A stretch of 64,000 nucleotides of DNA from an uncultured Chloroflexia bacterium (lineage in GTDB: Bacteria > Chloroflexota > Limnocylindria > Limnocylindrales > CSP1-4), in assembly GCA_963833705.1 (NCBI GenBank), contig CAWHYQ010000001.1, positions 249,525 through 313,524 of the forward strand, written 5' to 3'. Shown piece after piece: positions 41,600 through 51,897 of the stretch. The notes beneath the pieces are model-generated. The model was not told the DNA's origin. It ran no database searches and saw only the letters and a list, made by a program, of their open reading frames with translations. Each line of letters starts with the position of its first letter. Position 1 is the first letter of the stretch. The position numbers and the translations under genes are program-made.

Positions 41600-42235
41600 A
41601 TGAGCCGAATGCATCGATCCATCGCCGGCCTCTTCATCGTTTCGCTCGTTGCCGGCTGCTCGGGGAGTGGCGGCGGTCCGGGCGCTTCGGGCGCTTCGGG
41701 CGCTGCCGTCGCCTCAGCATCGGGCGCGAACGCGGTGCCGTCGGTGGGCGTTGCTGCGACGCCATCACCCGCGCCCACGGCGTCGCACGCGCCGACGGCG
41801 CCGGCGTCGCCGTCCGCCAAACCGGCTGCGACGCCCAAGGCATCGGGCGTCCTGTACGACCCCGATGCCGATGCACGAGCCGAGATCGTCGCGGCACTCG
41901 CAGCGGCCAAGGCCGACGGCAAGCGCGTCCTGCTGGACTTCGGGGCCGATTGGTGTCCCGACTGCCACGTGCTGGCGGCGTATCTCGACGGCCCGGCCGG
42001 CCGGAAGCTCGTCGACACGTCGTTCCACGTGGTGTCCATCGATGTCGGCTACTGGGACCATAACCTCGATGTCTCCGCGGCCGCCGGCGATCCGATCACG
42101 AAGGGGATCCCGGCCGTGGTCGTCGTCGAGGCCGACGGGACGATCGTCGGATCGACGGCCGATGGCTCGCTCGCGAACGCCCGGACGATGACCGAGAAGG
42201 ACGTGCTCGCGAAGCTGGCGGCCTGGGCGCCGTGA
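41600..42235 (+). CDS. Thioredoxin-like lipoprotein (CxxC = CPDC)
   Basis: Signal peptide with lipobox (FIVSLVAGCSG). Ala/Pro-rich linker. Thioredoxin-fold motif LLDFGADWCPDCH. Confidence 0.7.
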   Translation: MSRMHRSIAGLFIVSLVAGCSGSGGGPGASGASGAAVASASGANAVPSVGVAATPSPAPTASHAPTAPASPSAKPAATPKASGVLYDPDADARAEIVAALAAAKADGKRVLLDFGADWCPDCHVLAAYLDGPAGRKLVDTSFHVVSIDVGYWDHNLDVSAAAGDPITKGIPAVVVVEADGTIVGSTADGSLANARTMTEKDVLAKLAAWAP

Positions 42236-42813
42236 TGGTCGGGGGTCGTCGGAGCGGTCGCGGGTCGGCGCGGTGGGCGGTCGGGACGGCTCGGTCCGTC
42301 CGGGGCGCCTGGATCGCGGCGGGTCTTGCGGTGGCGCTCGGATGCCTGTCGCTGGCTGGTTGCGGGGGGCCGGCCGCCAGGGCCATCAGGTTCGATGACG
42401 CTCGGGTCGAAGTGCATGCGGCCGTCGAGCCCCTGCTCGATGGTCAGATGGTCGTCGTGGCGCAGTTCCGACCGACCGAGTCGAACGTCCATCTCTATGG
42501 CCAGGAACTGCCCGACGGCGGCATCGACGGCGCCGGGCGGCCGACGCGTCTCGTCGTCGACGACCCGGCGTGGCGAACCGTCGGTGCGACCACGTCATCC
42601 GTGGCGAGCCGGCCCGTCAGCCTGGCCGGCTTCGACACGCCGTTCGCGACCTACCCCGACGGCCCGGTCACGCTCCGCCAGGTGATCGAGCCGACCGGGG
42701 TCCCCGCCACCGACGGCACGGTCCAGGTGAAGGTCACGTTCATGGCGTGCTCGTCCGCCGGGCTCTGCTACAAACCGGTCGAGGGCGAGGTCGTCGATCT
42801 GCCGCTCGAATAG
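42232..42813 (+). CDS. DsbD N-terminal (DsbDα / PF11412 'DsbC'-like) domain lipoprotein
   Basis: Signal peptide with lipobox (LSLAGCGG). C-terminal VKVTFMACSSAGLCYKPVEGEV resembles the Cys pair of the DsbDα immunoglobulin-like domain. Coupled (GTGATG) to the upstream thioredoxin-like gene. Confidence 0.5.
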   Translation: MMVGGRRSGRGSARWAVGTARSVRGAWIAAGLAVALGCLSLAGCGGPAARAIRFDDARVEVHAAVEPLLDGQMVVVAQFRPTESNVHLYGQELPDGGIDGAGRPTRLVVDDPAWRTVGATTSSVASRPVSLAGFDTPFATYPDGPVTLRQVIEPTGVPATDGTVQVKVTFMACSSAGLCYKPVEGEVVDLPLE

Positions 42814-43113
42814 CAGCAGTCGGGGCCTGGGCGTGGGCGCCGCCCGCGCCGCCCCTGGGGCCCGTGTCCACGTCCGCTATGCCTGGTGGTCATACACGCA
42901 GCGCAACGAGGCCGATAAAACCCGATTCGGGTGCACCGGTACCGTCGATTTACGCTCGTTCGAGGTGAGCGCCGCTTGGAAACGACGCTTATGGCCAGGA
43001 AACAGCCGGATGGTATGCGTGGCGGTCATATCGGGCGCCTCAAGCGGCACGCGTGGTCGTCGGGCCACGCAGGCGCTATGGCCGGGCCAGAACCGCGCAG
43101 GGCCGCGCCGCCG

Positions 43114-46100
43114 CTAGTCCGCCAGCCCGACGACCCCAACGTCGAGCCCGAGCCGGACCGCGATGGCCGCGGCCTCGGTCCGTGATTCCACGCCGAGCTT
43201 GCCCAGGATGTGGGAGACGTGGACCCCGGCCGTGCTCTCGCTGATGTAGAGGGTCTCCGCGATCCGCCGGTTCGTGTAGCCCTCGGCAACGAGCGCGAGC
43301 ACCTCTCGCTCGCGGACGGTCAGCCCGAACGGGTCCGCCGGCGCGACCGGCGCCGCCTCGACTTCTTCGGCCGCCCCACCCCCATCCCCGAACGCGAGAT
43401 CGATCCGGAGACGCCGGCCGAGGCCCCCGATGACCGACGCCAGCGGTGAGGCGCCGATCGTCACCGCGATCCGATTGGCCTCGCGAAGCGGTTCGGCCGC
43501 AGCCGTCGCATCGCTGCGTTCGGCCCAGGCCTCGGCGGCCCGCCACAGCACATACGACTCCAGGAACGGGGCCGGCCGTGCGGCGAGGGCCGGACGGATC
43601 GCCTCCCAGTGCGCGGGGTCGTCGTCGCCGGCGGCTCGCGCGAGTTCCGCGGTGCAAAGCGCCATCCGCCAGCCGATCTCGTGGGTCGCGAGCGCATCCA
43701 TCTCGGTGAGACGTGCCGTCGACGCTCGGTAGTGGTCGATCACGTCGCGGGCGGCGGCCACCGCGGCCTCCACGCCCGCAGCATCCCGCGAGGCGCGTGC
43801 CTTGGCGGCGATATCCGCGGCCGCGTGCACCGCAGGCAGGACGAGCTGACCCAGGATGATCGCGTCGTCCCGCTCCTTGAGGCGGTCGAGCCCCCCGCGC
43901 GCGACGGTCAGTGCGGCCTCGGGCCGACCGTCCCACAGCGCGATCTCCGTGCCGAACGAGTGCAGGTCGATCACGAACTGGGCGTCGTCGAGATCGCCGG
44001 CCTCGGATGCGGCCGTCTCGAGATGCCGGCGGGCGCCGACCAGGTCACCGGTCCGGACAGCCAGGTGGGCGAGCGTGGCATGCAGATGGATCGTGCTGAT
44101 CCCCGGCCGACCTCGGGCGACATTCCGTTCCAGGAGTTCGGCGGCCTCCGGGTATCGCCCGAGCTCGAGCAGCATCGCCGCGGCGTTGACCTCGAGGAAG
44201 GTCTGGAAACTGAGTTCGCTGCCGTACCGCCGCGCGCTGTCCGCGCCGGCCCGCGACACTTCGAGCGCCTCCTCGACGAAGCCGCCCATCTCGAGGACGC
44301 TTCCGAGGTTCGCGTAGGCGCGCGGGATCGCGGTCGGGTCGTCGGCCGGACTGGTGAGCTCGAGCGATCGTCGCAGCAGATCGATCCCGCCGGCGATGTT
44401 GCCGAGCGTCGCGAGGTCGACGCCAAGGATGTTCATGGCGTGCGATTCGATGGCCTGGTCGCCGATCGTGCGGGCGCTCGCGATGGCCCCTTCCGCGAAC
44501 TTGACCGACTCGCCGGAGCGACCGGCCAGCATCAGGTTCTGGGCAAGACCCTCGAGCACCCGGGCCTGTTCCCTCGACGGCGGAGACTCGGAAAACAGTC
44601 CGACCGCCTCCTCGAGAAGGCGGATCGATGTCGCCGTATCGCCGGCCAGCCAGGCCGCGAAGCCCAGTCGTTGGCGCGCCCTGGCCCGACGCTCCCTGTC
44701 GCCATCGGGCCCGACCGCGAGGTCGACGAGCTCCACCGATCGGCGCGCCAGGGCCACCGCTCGTGCGGCGTCGCCGACGAGCGTCGCAGCCGCGCTGGCG
44801 TCGTCGTACAGGTCGCCAAGGTCGCGGTCGGTCGGGCGGTCGTCGGCGGAGACATCGTCCCAGAGCTCGATCGCGCGTTCGTATTGGCGGGCCGCCTCGG
44901 CATAGGCGTAAACGGAGCGAGACGCGTCGCCTGCCTCGATCGAGGCGCGGAACGCGCGAGCGGGCTCATGCGCGGCCATCCAGTGATGGGCGAGCTCCAC
45001 GAGGCGGCCGGCCGTGGCGATGCCGCCGCCAGCGGGTCGGGCGTCGATGGCACGCGCATACGCGGCGTGCAGCCGGCGGCGCTCCGACGGAAGCAGGTCG
45101 TCGTACGCGGCCTCCTGCATCAGCGCGTGCCGGAACTGGTAGCGCTCGACCTGACCATCGAGATCCACCACCAGCAGCTGGGCGGCGACCGCCTCCCGCA
45201 GTGCCGAACCCAGGTCGGCCTCGGACAGCCCGCACACCTCGGCCAGGACGTCGTGGTCGACCTGTCGGCCGGCAACGGCGGCGATCTCGACGAGCCGTGC
45301 CGAGGCCTCGGACGCGGTCGACAGCCGGACGAGCAGCACGCCGCGAAGCGTCTCGGGCATCCGTTCTCGCGATCGTCCACCCGCGTCGACGGCCGCGACC
45401 AACTCCTCCGCGAAGAATGCGTTCCCGTCAGAGCGGCGGGCGATCGAGTCGACCATGTCAGGGGACGGCGGCGCATCGGCGATGGCGGTCAGCAACTCGA
45501 CCAGCTCGGCACGCTCGAACCGTTCGAGGTCCATCCGCTCGACGCGTGGCTGCCGCTCGACCTCGGCCAGCCAGGTCGTGAGCGGGTGACGACGGTTCAG
45601 CTCGTCCTTCCTGAACGTGGCGACCATCAGCAATCGCTCATCACGAACGTTCCGAGCCAGGAACGCGAGCAGATCGCGGGTGGAGCGGTCGGCCCAGTGC
45701 AGGTCCTCGATGACGAGCAGGACCGGCGTCGCCTCGCCCAGTCGGCCGAGGATACGGAGCAGGCCCTCGAAGATCCGGACCTGGAGCCATCCGGGCTGTG
45801 CTGCGGGCAGGGCCGCGTCGCCCGGCATCTCGACCAGCTCAGGCACGAGGCGGGCGAGTTCGGGCAGGCCGGACCCGGCGGCTGCGGCGATCCGGGAGGC
45901 GTCGACCTGGTGGGTCAGCGCCCGGAGCGCCTCCACGATCGGGCCGAAGGGCAGGCCGTCGTCGCCGAGCGCGACCGAGCCACCTTCCAGCACGAGCCAG
46001 CCGTCGGTTCGCAATCGCGTCGCCGCCTCGGCGACGAGACGGCTTTTGCCCACGCCGGCTTCGCCTCCGACCAGCGCGAGCGTTGCGCGCCCAGACGCGA

Positions 46101-46179
46101 CGAGATCGGCCGTCGAGACGAGCGCACGAAGCTCATGGTCCCGGCCGATGAACACGGGGCTGGAGACGCGTCGCGCCAT
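43114..46179 (-). CDS. Large ATP-binding LuxR-family regulator (LAL type: AAA/NTPase + TPR-like repeats + C-terminal LuxR HTH)
   Basis: Walker A GGEAGVGKSRL, Walker B LLVIEDLHWAD, long helical repeat region, C-terminal LTVREREVLALVAEGYTNRRIAETLYISESTAGVHVSHILGKLGV. Intact 3.07 kb. Confidence 0.8.
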   Translation of the reverse strand: MARRVSSPVFIGRDHELRALVSTADLVASGRATLALVGGEAGVGKSRLVAEAATRLRTDGWLVLEGGSVALGDDGLPFGPIVEALRALTHQVDASRIAAAAGSGLPELARLVPELVEMPGDAALPAAQPGWLQVRIFEGLLRILGRLGEATPVLLVIEDLHWADRSTRDLLAFLARNVRDERLLMVATFRKDELNRRHPLTTWLAEVERQPRVERMDLERFERAELVELLTAIADAPPSPDMVDSIARRSDGNAFFAEELVAAVDAGGRSRERMPETLRGVLLVRLSTASEASARLVEIAAVAGRQVDHDVLAEVCGLSEADLGSALREAVAAQLLVVDLDGQVERYQFRHALMQEAAYDDLLPSERRRLHAAYARAIDARPAGGGIATAGRLVELAHHWMAAHEPARAFRASIEAGDASRSVYAYAEAARQYERAIELWDDVSADDRPTDRDLGDLYDDASAAATLVGDAARAVALARRSVELVDLAVGPDGDRERRARARQRLGFAAWLAGDTATSIRLLEEAVGLFSESPPSREQARVLEGLAQNLMLAGRSGESVKFAEGAIASARTIGDQAIESHAMNILGVDLATLGNIAGGIDLLRRSLELTSPADDPTAIPRAYANLGSVLEMGGFVEEALEVSRAGADSARRYGSELSFQTFLEVNAAAMLLELGRYPEAAELLERNVARGRPGISTIHLHATLAHLAVRTGDLVGARRHLETAASEAGDLDDAQFVIDLHSFGTEIALWDGRPEAALTVARGGLDRLKERDDAIILGQLVLPAVHAAADIAAKARASRDAAGVEAAVAAARDVIDHYRASTARLTEMDALATHEIGWRMALCTAELARAAGDDDPAHWEAIRPALAARPAPFLESYVLWRAAEAWAERSDATAAAEPLREANRIAVTIGASPLASVIGGLGRRLRIDLAFGDGGGAAEEVEAAPVAPADPFGLTVREREVLALVAEGYTNRRIAETLYISESTAGVHVSHILGKLGVESRTEAAAIAVRLGLDVGVVGLAD

Positions 46180-46244
46180 GCCCCGGATGATAGGCCCTGG
46201 TCGCCGCCCGTCCGCGATCGAATCCGGGCGGCGACCGATGGTGA

Positions 46245-46484
46245 TCACGCGCCCTGTGAGCCCGTCGTGCGGGCGGCGGGGCTCGAGCCACCGACGTGGA
46301 AGTGGACGACGGCAGAGCCGGCGCCGCGCAGGATCTTGGCGAAGTTGCTGATGCCGCCCCGCGCGAGACCAGGCCGCTGCTCACCACCGGAGCGGGCGGC
46401 CCGCTCGAGGGCGCGTTGCGCCATGGCTCGTTCGCGATCCTGCTCCCACATCGCGAGATACGTTTCCGGATGCTGGTACAACAT
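46245..46484 (-). CDS. Hypothetical small protein (79 aa) between rrf2 and the LAL regulator
   Basis: MLYQHPETYLAMWEQDRERAMAQRALERAARSGGEQRPG...non-repetitive helical sequence, GGAG upstream. Confidence 0.3.
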   Translation of the reverse strand: MLYQHPETYLAMWEQDRERAMAQRALERAARSGGEQRPGLARGGISNFAKILRGAGSAVVHFHVGGSSPAARTTGSQGA

Positions 46485-46648
46485 GGCGGGTCTCCGTTCG
46501 CTGCGACCCCGGGGGTGAGGTCGATGTCGACACGCTACGGGCGGACCGGCCCTCCGGACATCGAGCGCTCTCCCCATAGGAGGGGGCATCGACCCTTCAT
46601 TTCGGGCGCTCGTTCGCGAAACGGGCCCTTTACTGGGGCCACGGACCT

Positions 46649-47125
46649 TTACGGTCGGCGGCCCGCGAGGGCATCGGCATGGCGGCCGCGTGGGTCGATC
46701 GAGGCTCGTCCCGGACGCGCGGCGAGTTCCGCGAGGCTCTGGTTGTCCAGGATCTCGAGCATCGCATCGCGCACGTCGATCATCGTGTCCCGCAGCGAGC
46801 AGGTCGCCTCATCCGGACAGGAGCAAGGCTCGTAGTAGCGCAGGGAGACGCACCCGAGCGGAGCCAACGCACCGTCGAGCAGGCGAATGACCCGCCCGAC
46901 CGTCACGGTCGATGGGTCCGCCGCGATCGCGTACCCGCCGTGCGCCCCGAGGGTCGTGCGGACGATCCCGGCGTGCTTGAGCGTGGCCATGATCTGCTCC
47001 AGGAACTTGACCGGCAGCCGATTGCGTTCGGCCAGGCTGGCCAGGGGGACCGGTGGATCGCCGTCGTGACGGACCAGGTCGACGATCGCGCGCAGGCCGT
47101 ATTCGGAGCGGCGGGACAGACGCAT
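46649..47125 (-). CDS. Rrf2-family transcriptional regulator (IscR/NsrR-like, Cys ligands present)
   Basis: [17 protein letters not shown]..wHTH. Cys cluster [22 protein letters not shown] (C-x8-C-x-C-x5-C). Confidence 0.8.
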   Translation of the reverse strand: MRLSRRSEYGLRAIVDLVRHDGDPPVPLASLAERNRLPVKFLEQIMATLKHAGIVRTTLGAHGGYAIAADPSTVTVGRVIRLLDGALAPLGCVSLRYYEPCSCPDEATCSLRDTMIDVRDAMLEILDNQSLAELAARPGRASIDPRGRHADALAGRRP

Positions 47126-47194
47126 CGCGTCATCCTAGCGACGAATCCCTACTCGAGTAGTGGGAGTTCGGACGTATCAGAACATCCGTGCGAT

Positions 47195-48322
47195 ATGGCC
47201 CGACGCATGCTAGACTCGCGCCCGATGGCCGACGACCTTTCGCGCATCCTCTCGGCGGACCTCGAGGACGAAGGCGACCTCGTCGTCGAAGGCACCCTTC
47301 GACCGAGGACGCTCGACGAATACATCGGCCAGCGCGAGGTCAAGGCCAACCTGTCGGTGCTGCTGACCGCCGCGCGCGGGAGGGGAGAGGCCTCGGATCA
47401 CGTCCTCCTGTACGGACCGCCCGGTCTCGGCAAGACGACGCTGGCGACGATCATCGCCCGCGAACTCGGGGTCAACGTCAAGTACGCCTCCGGCCCGGCC
47501 ATCGAGCGCGCCGGGGACCTGGCCGCGATCCTGACCTCGCTCGAGGAGCGGGACGTCCTGTTCATCGACGAGATCCATCGCCTCAACCGGGCGGTCGAGG
47601 AGATCCTGTACCCCGCCATGGAGGATTACGCCCTCGACGTCATGATCGGCAAGGGCCCGTCGGCGCGCTCGCTCCGACTCAGCCTCAAGCCGTTCACGGT
47701 CGTCGGGGCCACGACGCGCGCCGGCCGGATCAGCAGCCCGTTGCGCGACCGGTTCGGAGCGACCTACCGGCTCGACTTCTACACGGACGACGATCTCGCG
47801 GCCATCGTCGAGCGCTCGGCGACGATCCTCGCGGTCACCATCGAGCCCGCCGCCATCCGTGCGATCGCCCGACGCGGACGTGGCACGCCGCGCATCGTCA
47901 ACCGCCTGCTCAAGCGCGTCCGCGACCACGCCCAGGTCCACGGTGACGGACACGTCGACGAGGCGACCGCGACGGCCGCCATGCGGGCCATGGAGATCGA
48001 CGACGAAGGGCTCGACTCGACCGACCGCAAGCTCCTCGCCGCGATCGTCCAGAAGTTCGCGTCCGGTCCGGTCGGCGTCGCGGCACTCGCCGCGGTCCTG
48101 TCCGAGGAGATCGAGACGATCGAGGACGTGTACGAACCGTTCCTGCTGCGGCTCGGGTTCATCGATCGGACGCCGCAGGGTCGGATCGCGACCGACCTCG
48201 CTCGCGCGCACCTGTCGGCCCTCGGCTACGAGATCCCGCCGCCGCGCCGGACCGAACCCGGGATGCCCGGATTGTGGGACCTTCCCGCGGTCGCGGATCC
48301 GCCCGAGGCACCCGACGCGTGA
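47195..48322 (+). CDS. ruvB: Holliday junction DNA helicase RuvB
   Basis: [29 protein letters not shown], sensor/arginine finger. Alternative start ATG 47225. Confidence 0.85.
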   Translation: MARRMLDSRPMADDLSRILSADLEDEGDLVVEGTLRPRTLDEYIGQREVKANLSVLLTAARGRGEASDHVLLYGPPGLGKTTLATIIARELGVNVKYASGPAIERAGDLAAILTSLEERDVLFIDEIHRLNRAVEEILYPAMEDYALDVMIGKGPSARSLRLSLKPFTVVGATTRAGRISSPLRDRFGATYRLDFYTDDDLAAIVERSATILAVTIEPAAIRAIARRGRGTPRIVNRLLKRVRDHAQVHGDGHVDEATATAAMRAMEIDDEGLDSTDRKLLAAIVQKFASGPVGVAALAAVLSEEIETIEDVYEPFLLRLGFIDRTPQGRIATDLARAHLSALGYEIPPPRRTEPGMPGLWDLPAVADPPEAPDA

Positions 48323-49491
48323 CGCCTCCACATACCGGCGCGGCGGGCTTCGAGGTCGAGGTCCAGCCGCCGACCGATGGCACGACGCGGGCACGTGCCG
48401 GGCGACTGACCCTCACCCATGGCGTCGTGGAGACGCCGCAGTTCATGCCGGTCGGCACCAACGCGACGGTCAAGGCCATGTCGCCCGACGACATCCGCGA
48501 CACCGGCGCCTCGATCATCCTGGCCAACACCTACCACCTGTACCTCCGCCCGGGTCACGAGCGGATCGCCCGCCTTGGCGGCCTCCACCGGTTCATGGAC
48601 TGGGACGGCCCGATCCTGACCGATTTGGGTGGCTTCCAGGTCGTGTCGCTGGGCGACCTGCGCGTCGTCGACGAGGACGGCGTGTCGTTCCGCAGCCACC
48701 TCGATGGGTCGCTGCATCGCTTCACGCCGGAGCTCGCGGTCGGTGTCCAGGAGGCCCTCGGCTCGGACATCGCGGTCGCCCTCGATCAACCCGTGTACCC
48801 GTCATCGCCGCGGACCGTCGTGGCCGAGGCCACCGAGCGCACGCACCGCTGGGCGGAGCGGTCGCTGGCCGCGCACCAGCGGGCCGACCAGGCGATCTTC
48901 GGCATCGTCCAGGGGGGCCTGGAGCCCGACCTGCGTGCCGCCTCGACCCGGTTCATCGCGGGGCTGCCGTTCGATGGCATCTGCATCGGCGGGCTGGCCG
49001 GCGACGAGACGCCCGAGCAGCGCGACGCGGCCCTGGACGTGGTGGTCCCGCTCCTGGCCGACGACCCGCGCCCGCGTTATCTCATGGGCCTCGGGTCGCC
49101 GGCGGACCTGCTCGAGGCCGTCCATCGCGGCGTCGACCTGTTCGATTCGGTGCTGCCCGCGCGGGTCGCCCGGAACGGGCAACTGTGGATCCCCGGGGGC
49201 CACCTCAACATCCGGAATCAGCGCTATCTCGACGATCCGGAGCCGATCCAGGATGACTGTCCGTGCCTCGCCTGCCGGCGCTTCTCGCGGGCGTATCTCG
49301 CCCACTTGTTCCGTGCCCGGGAGCTGCTCGCGTACCGGCTCGCGACTTGTCACAACCTGACCTTCACCCTAGACTTCATGGCGAGGATCCGTGCTGCGAT
49401 CCGGACCGGGACCTTCCCCGCCTCGATGACCGACCTGCGCCTTCGCGCGGGCCGGGTGAGCGGCAGTGAAGTGGCCGAGAAGTCGGCGTGA
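48319..49491 (+). CDS. tgt: Queuine tRNA-ribosyltransferase
   Basis: [20 protein letters not shown], zinc site CPCLAC...H. GTGA overlap with ruvB. Confidence 0.85.
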   Translation: MTPPHTGAAGFEVEVQPPTDGTTRARAGRLTLTHGVVETPQFMPVGTNATVKAMSPDDIRDTGASIILANTYHLYLRPGHERIARLGGLHRFMDWDGPILTDLGGFQVVSLGDLRVVDEDGVSFRSHLDGSLHRFTPELAVGVQEALGSDIAVALDQPVYPSSPRTVVAEATERTHRWAERSLAAHQRADQAIFGIVQGGLEPDLRAASTRFIAGLPFDGICIGGLAGDETPEQRDAALDVVVPLLADDPRPRYLMGLGSPADLLEAVHRGVDLFDSVLPARVARNGQLWIPGGHLNIRNQRYLDDPEPIQDDCPCLACRRFSRAYLAHLFRARELLAYRLATCHNLTFTLDFMARIRAAIRTGTFPASMTDLRLRAGRVSGSEVAEKSA

Positions 49492-49533
49492 AGGATCGAT
49501 CGGTAGTCTGCAAGACGACGCGGAGGCGAAGCG

Positions 49534-49698
49534 ATGGGCTCGCGAGATCGACCCGGCAAAGAGGCCAAGAAGAAGCCGAAGGCCAAGAGCGCCCAACCCA
49601 GCCTGTCACCGCTTTCGGAGCCCCCGCAGAACGTCGAGGTGATCCGGAAGCCGCGCAAGGAACGGCACGTCGTCGAGGACGACGGGGAGGAAGGCTGA
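49534..49698 (+). CDS. Hypothetical small Lys-rich protein (54 aa) immediately upstream of recA
   Basis: [61 protein letters not shown] 6-8 nt upstream of the ATG. Below the length cutoff of the ORF track. Confidence 0.45.
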   Translation: MGSRDRPGKEAKKKPKAKSAQPSLSPLSEPPQNVEVIRKPRKERHVVEDDGEEG

Positions 49699-49771
49699 TC
49701 GACCGGCGGGTGCCATCGTGGTCCGCTCCGGCGAGTGGTCCCAGGGATCGGATGAGGAGCGTGACGGACAG

Positions 49772-50825
<1,054 letters not shown>

Positions 50826-51449
50826 TTGAGCGGCGAGAACGCCGGCTCCGGCCGGCGGCCCTCATTCGCCGAGCGAAAGGAACGCCGAGGCCAGATCGAC
50901 GATCCGGCGGTGGTGCTGGAGGCCGCGGCGCGGTTCCTCGAACCACGTGCCCGGTCCGTCGCGGAAGTGCGGCGGCGCCTGACCGGCGCCGGGTACCAGC
51001 CCGAACTCGTCGAAGGTGCCATCGCGCGCCTGCTGGATCTCGGGATGCTCGACGACGATGCATTCGCGCGATGGTGGGTCGAGTCGAGGGACAGGGCCCG
51101 GCCGCGTGGTGAACGCGCGATCCGGTCCGAGCTCGCCCTCAAGGGCGTCGACCGGTCGACGATCGACCTCGTGCTGAGCGACCGTCGCGACGCGGTCGTA
51201 GGCGTGCCCGGCGATGACGGCGTCACCCCTTCTGCGGACCGGGCCGCGGCGGAGCGACTACTCGCGCGCAACACCCGGAGCCTGGCCCGCATCGCTGACC
51301 CCCGTCAGCGTCGACAACGGGCGTACGCGTTGCTCGCTCGGCACGGTTTCGATCCCGAGATCTGCCGAACGATGGCCGCGACGGTCGGCGGCGATTCGCG
51401 CGACGTGGCCGACCACTCCGTGGACGGGCAGGGCGACGCCCGCGACTGA
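50826..51449 (+). CDS. recX: Recombination regulator RecX
   Basis: Three-repeat helical RecX pattern (...AIARLLDLGMLDDDAFARWWVESR...RSELALKGVDRSTIDLVL...). TTG start directly after the recA stop. Confidence 0.7.
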   Translation: MSGENAGSGRRPSFAERKERRGQIDDPAVVLEAAARFLEPRARSVAEVRRRLTGAGYQPELVEGAIARLLDLGMLDDDAFARWWVESRDRARPRGERAIRSELALKGVDRSTIDLVLSDRRDAVVGVPGDDGVTPSADRAAAERLLARNTRSLARIADPRQRRQRAYALLARHGFDPEICRTMAATVGGDSRDVADHSVDGQGDARD

Positions 51450-51897
51450 CCGTCCGTCGATTCTCCGCCAGATGCACCTCATACGAGCGTTCGTCACGAC
51501 GTTCCTGACAAACCACTTGGATTGACGGCATCTGTCACAGAAGCCCCGAAGACGACCCAAGACCCGCGCTCAACGTCGGGAGAGACCACGAGGAGGACGC
51601 GATCACGGCTGGTGAACGCTCGCCTGAGGGGCAACTGTCAGGAACGGCCCCCGCTGACCGCCGCACCACGAAGGTTGCGCCCGGGTGACGACCCGGTTGA
51701 CCCTCCGGGACGCGCGGCCGTAGGCTACGCACCAGACGAACCACGTGCCGTCCCGGCGGCGCGCATCACAGCAGCGGCCCGATCGGGGCCCAGCGAGCGG
51801 CCTCTCGCCCGCGGCGACCGGCCCCCGCAACGCGATCGGGTCAACCACGGCAGCACGATCCTCCGGCCCACCCTCGGCCGGATGGGAGGAACACTCG

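Noticed and set aside
42833-43185. ORFs 42833..43117(+), 42931..43185(+), 42877..43068(-) in the convergent intergenic island
   Set aside because: Mutually overlapping, no SD, basic low-complexity translations. The region is more likely non-coding (see finding).
43609-46518. 969-aa plus-strand ORF antisense to the LAL regulator
   Set aside because: Low-complexity (R/G/D-rich). The minus-strand LuxR-LAL reading has Walker motifs and an HTH.
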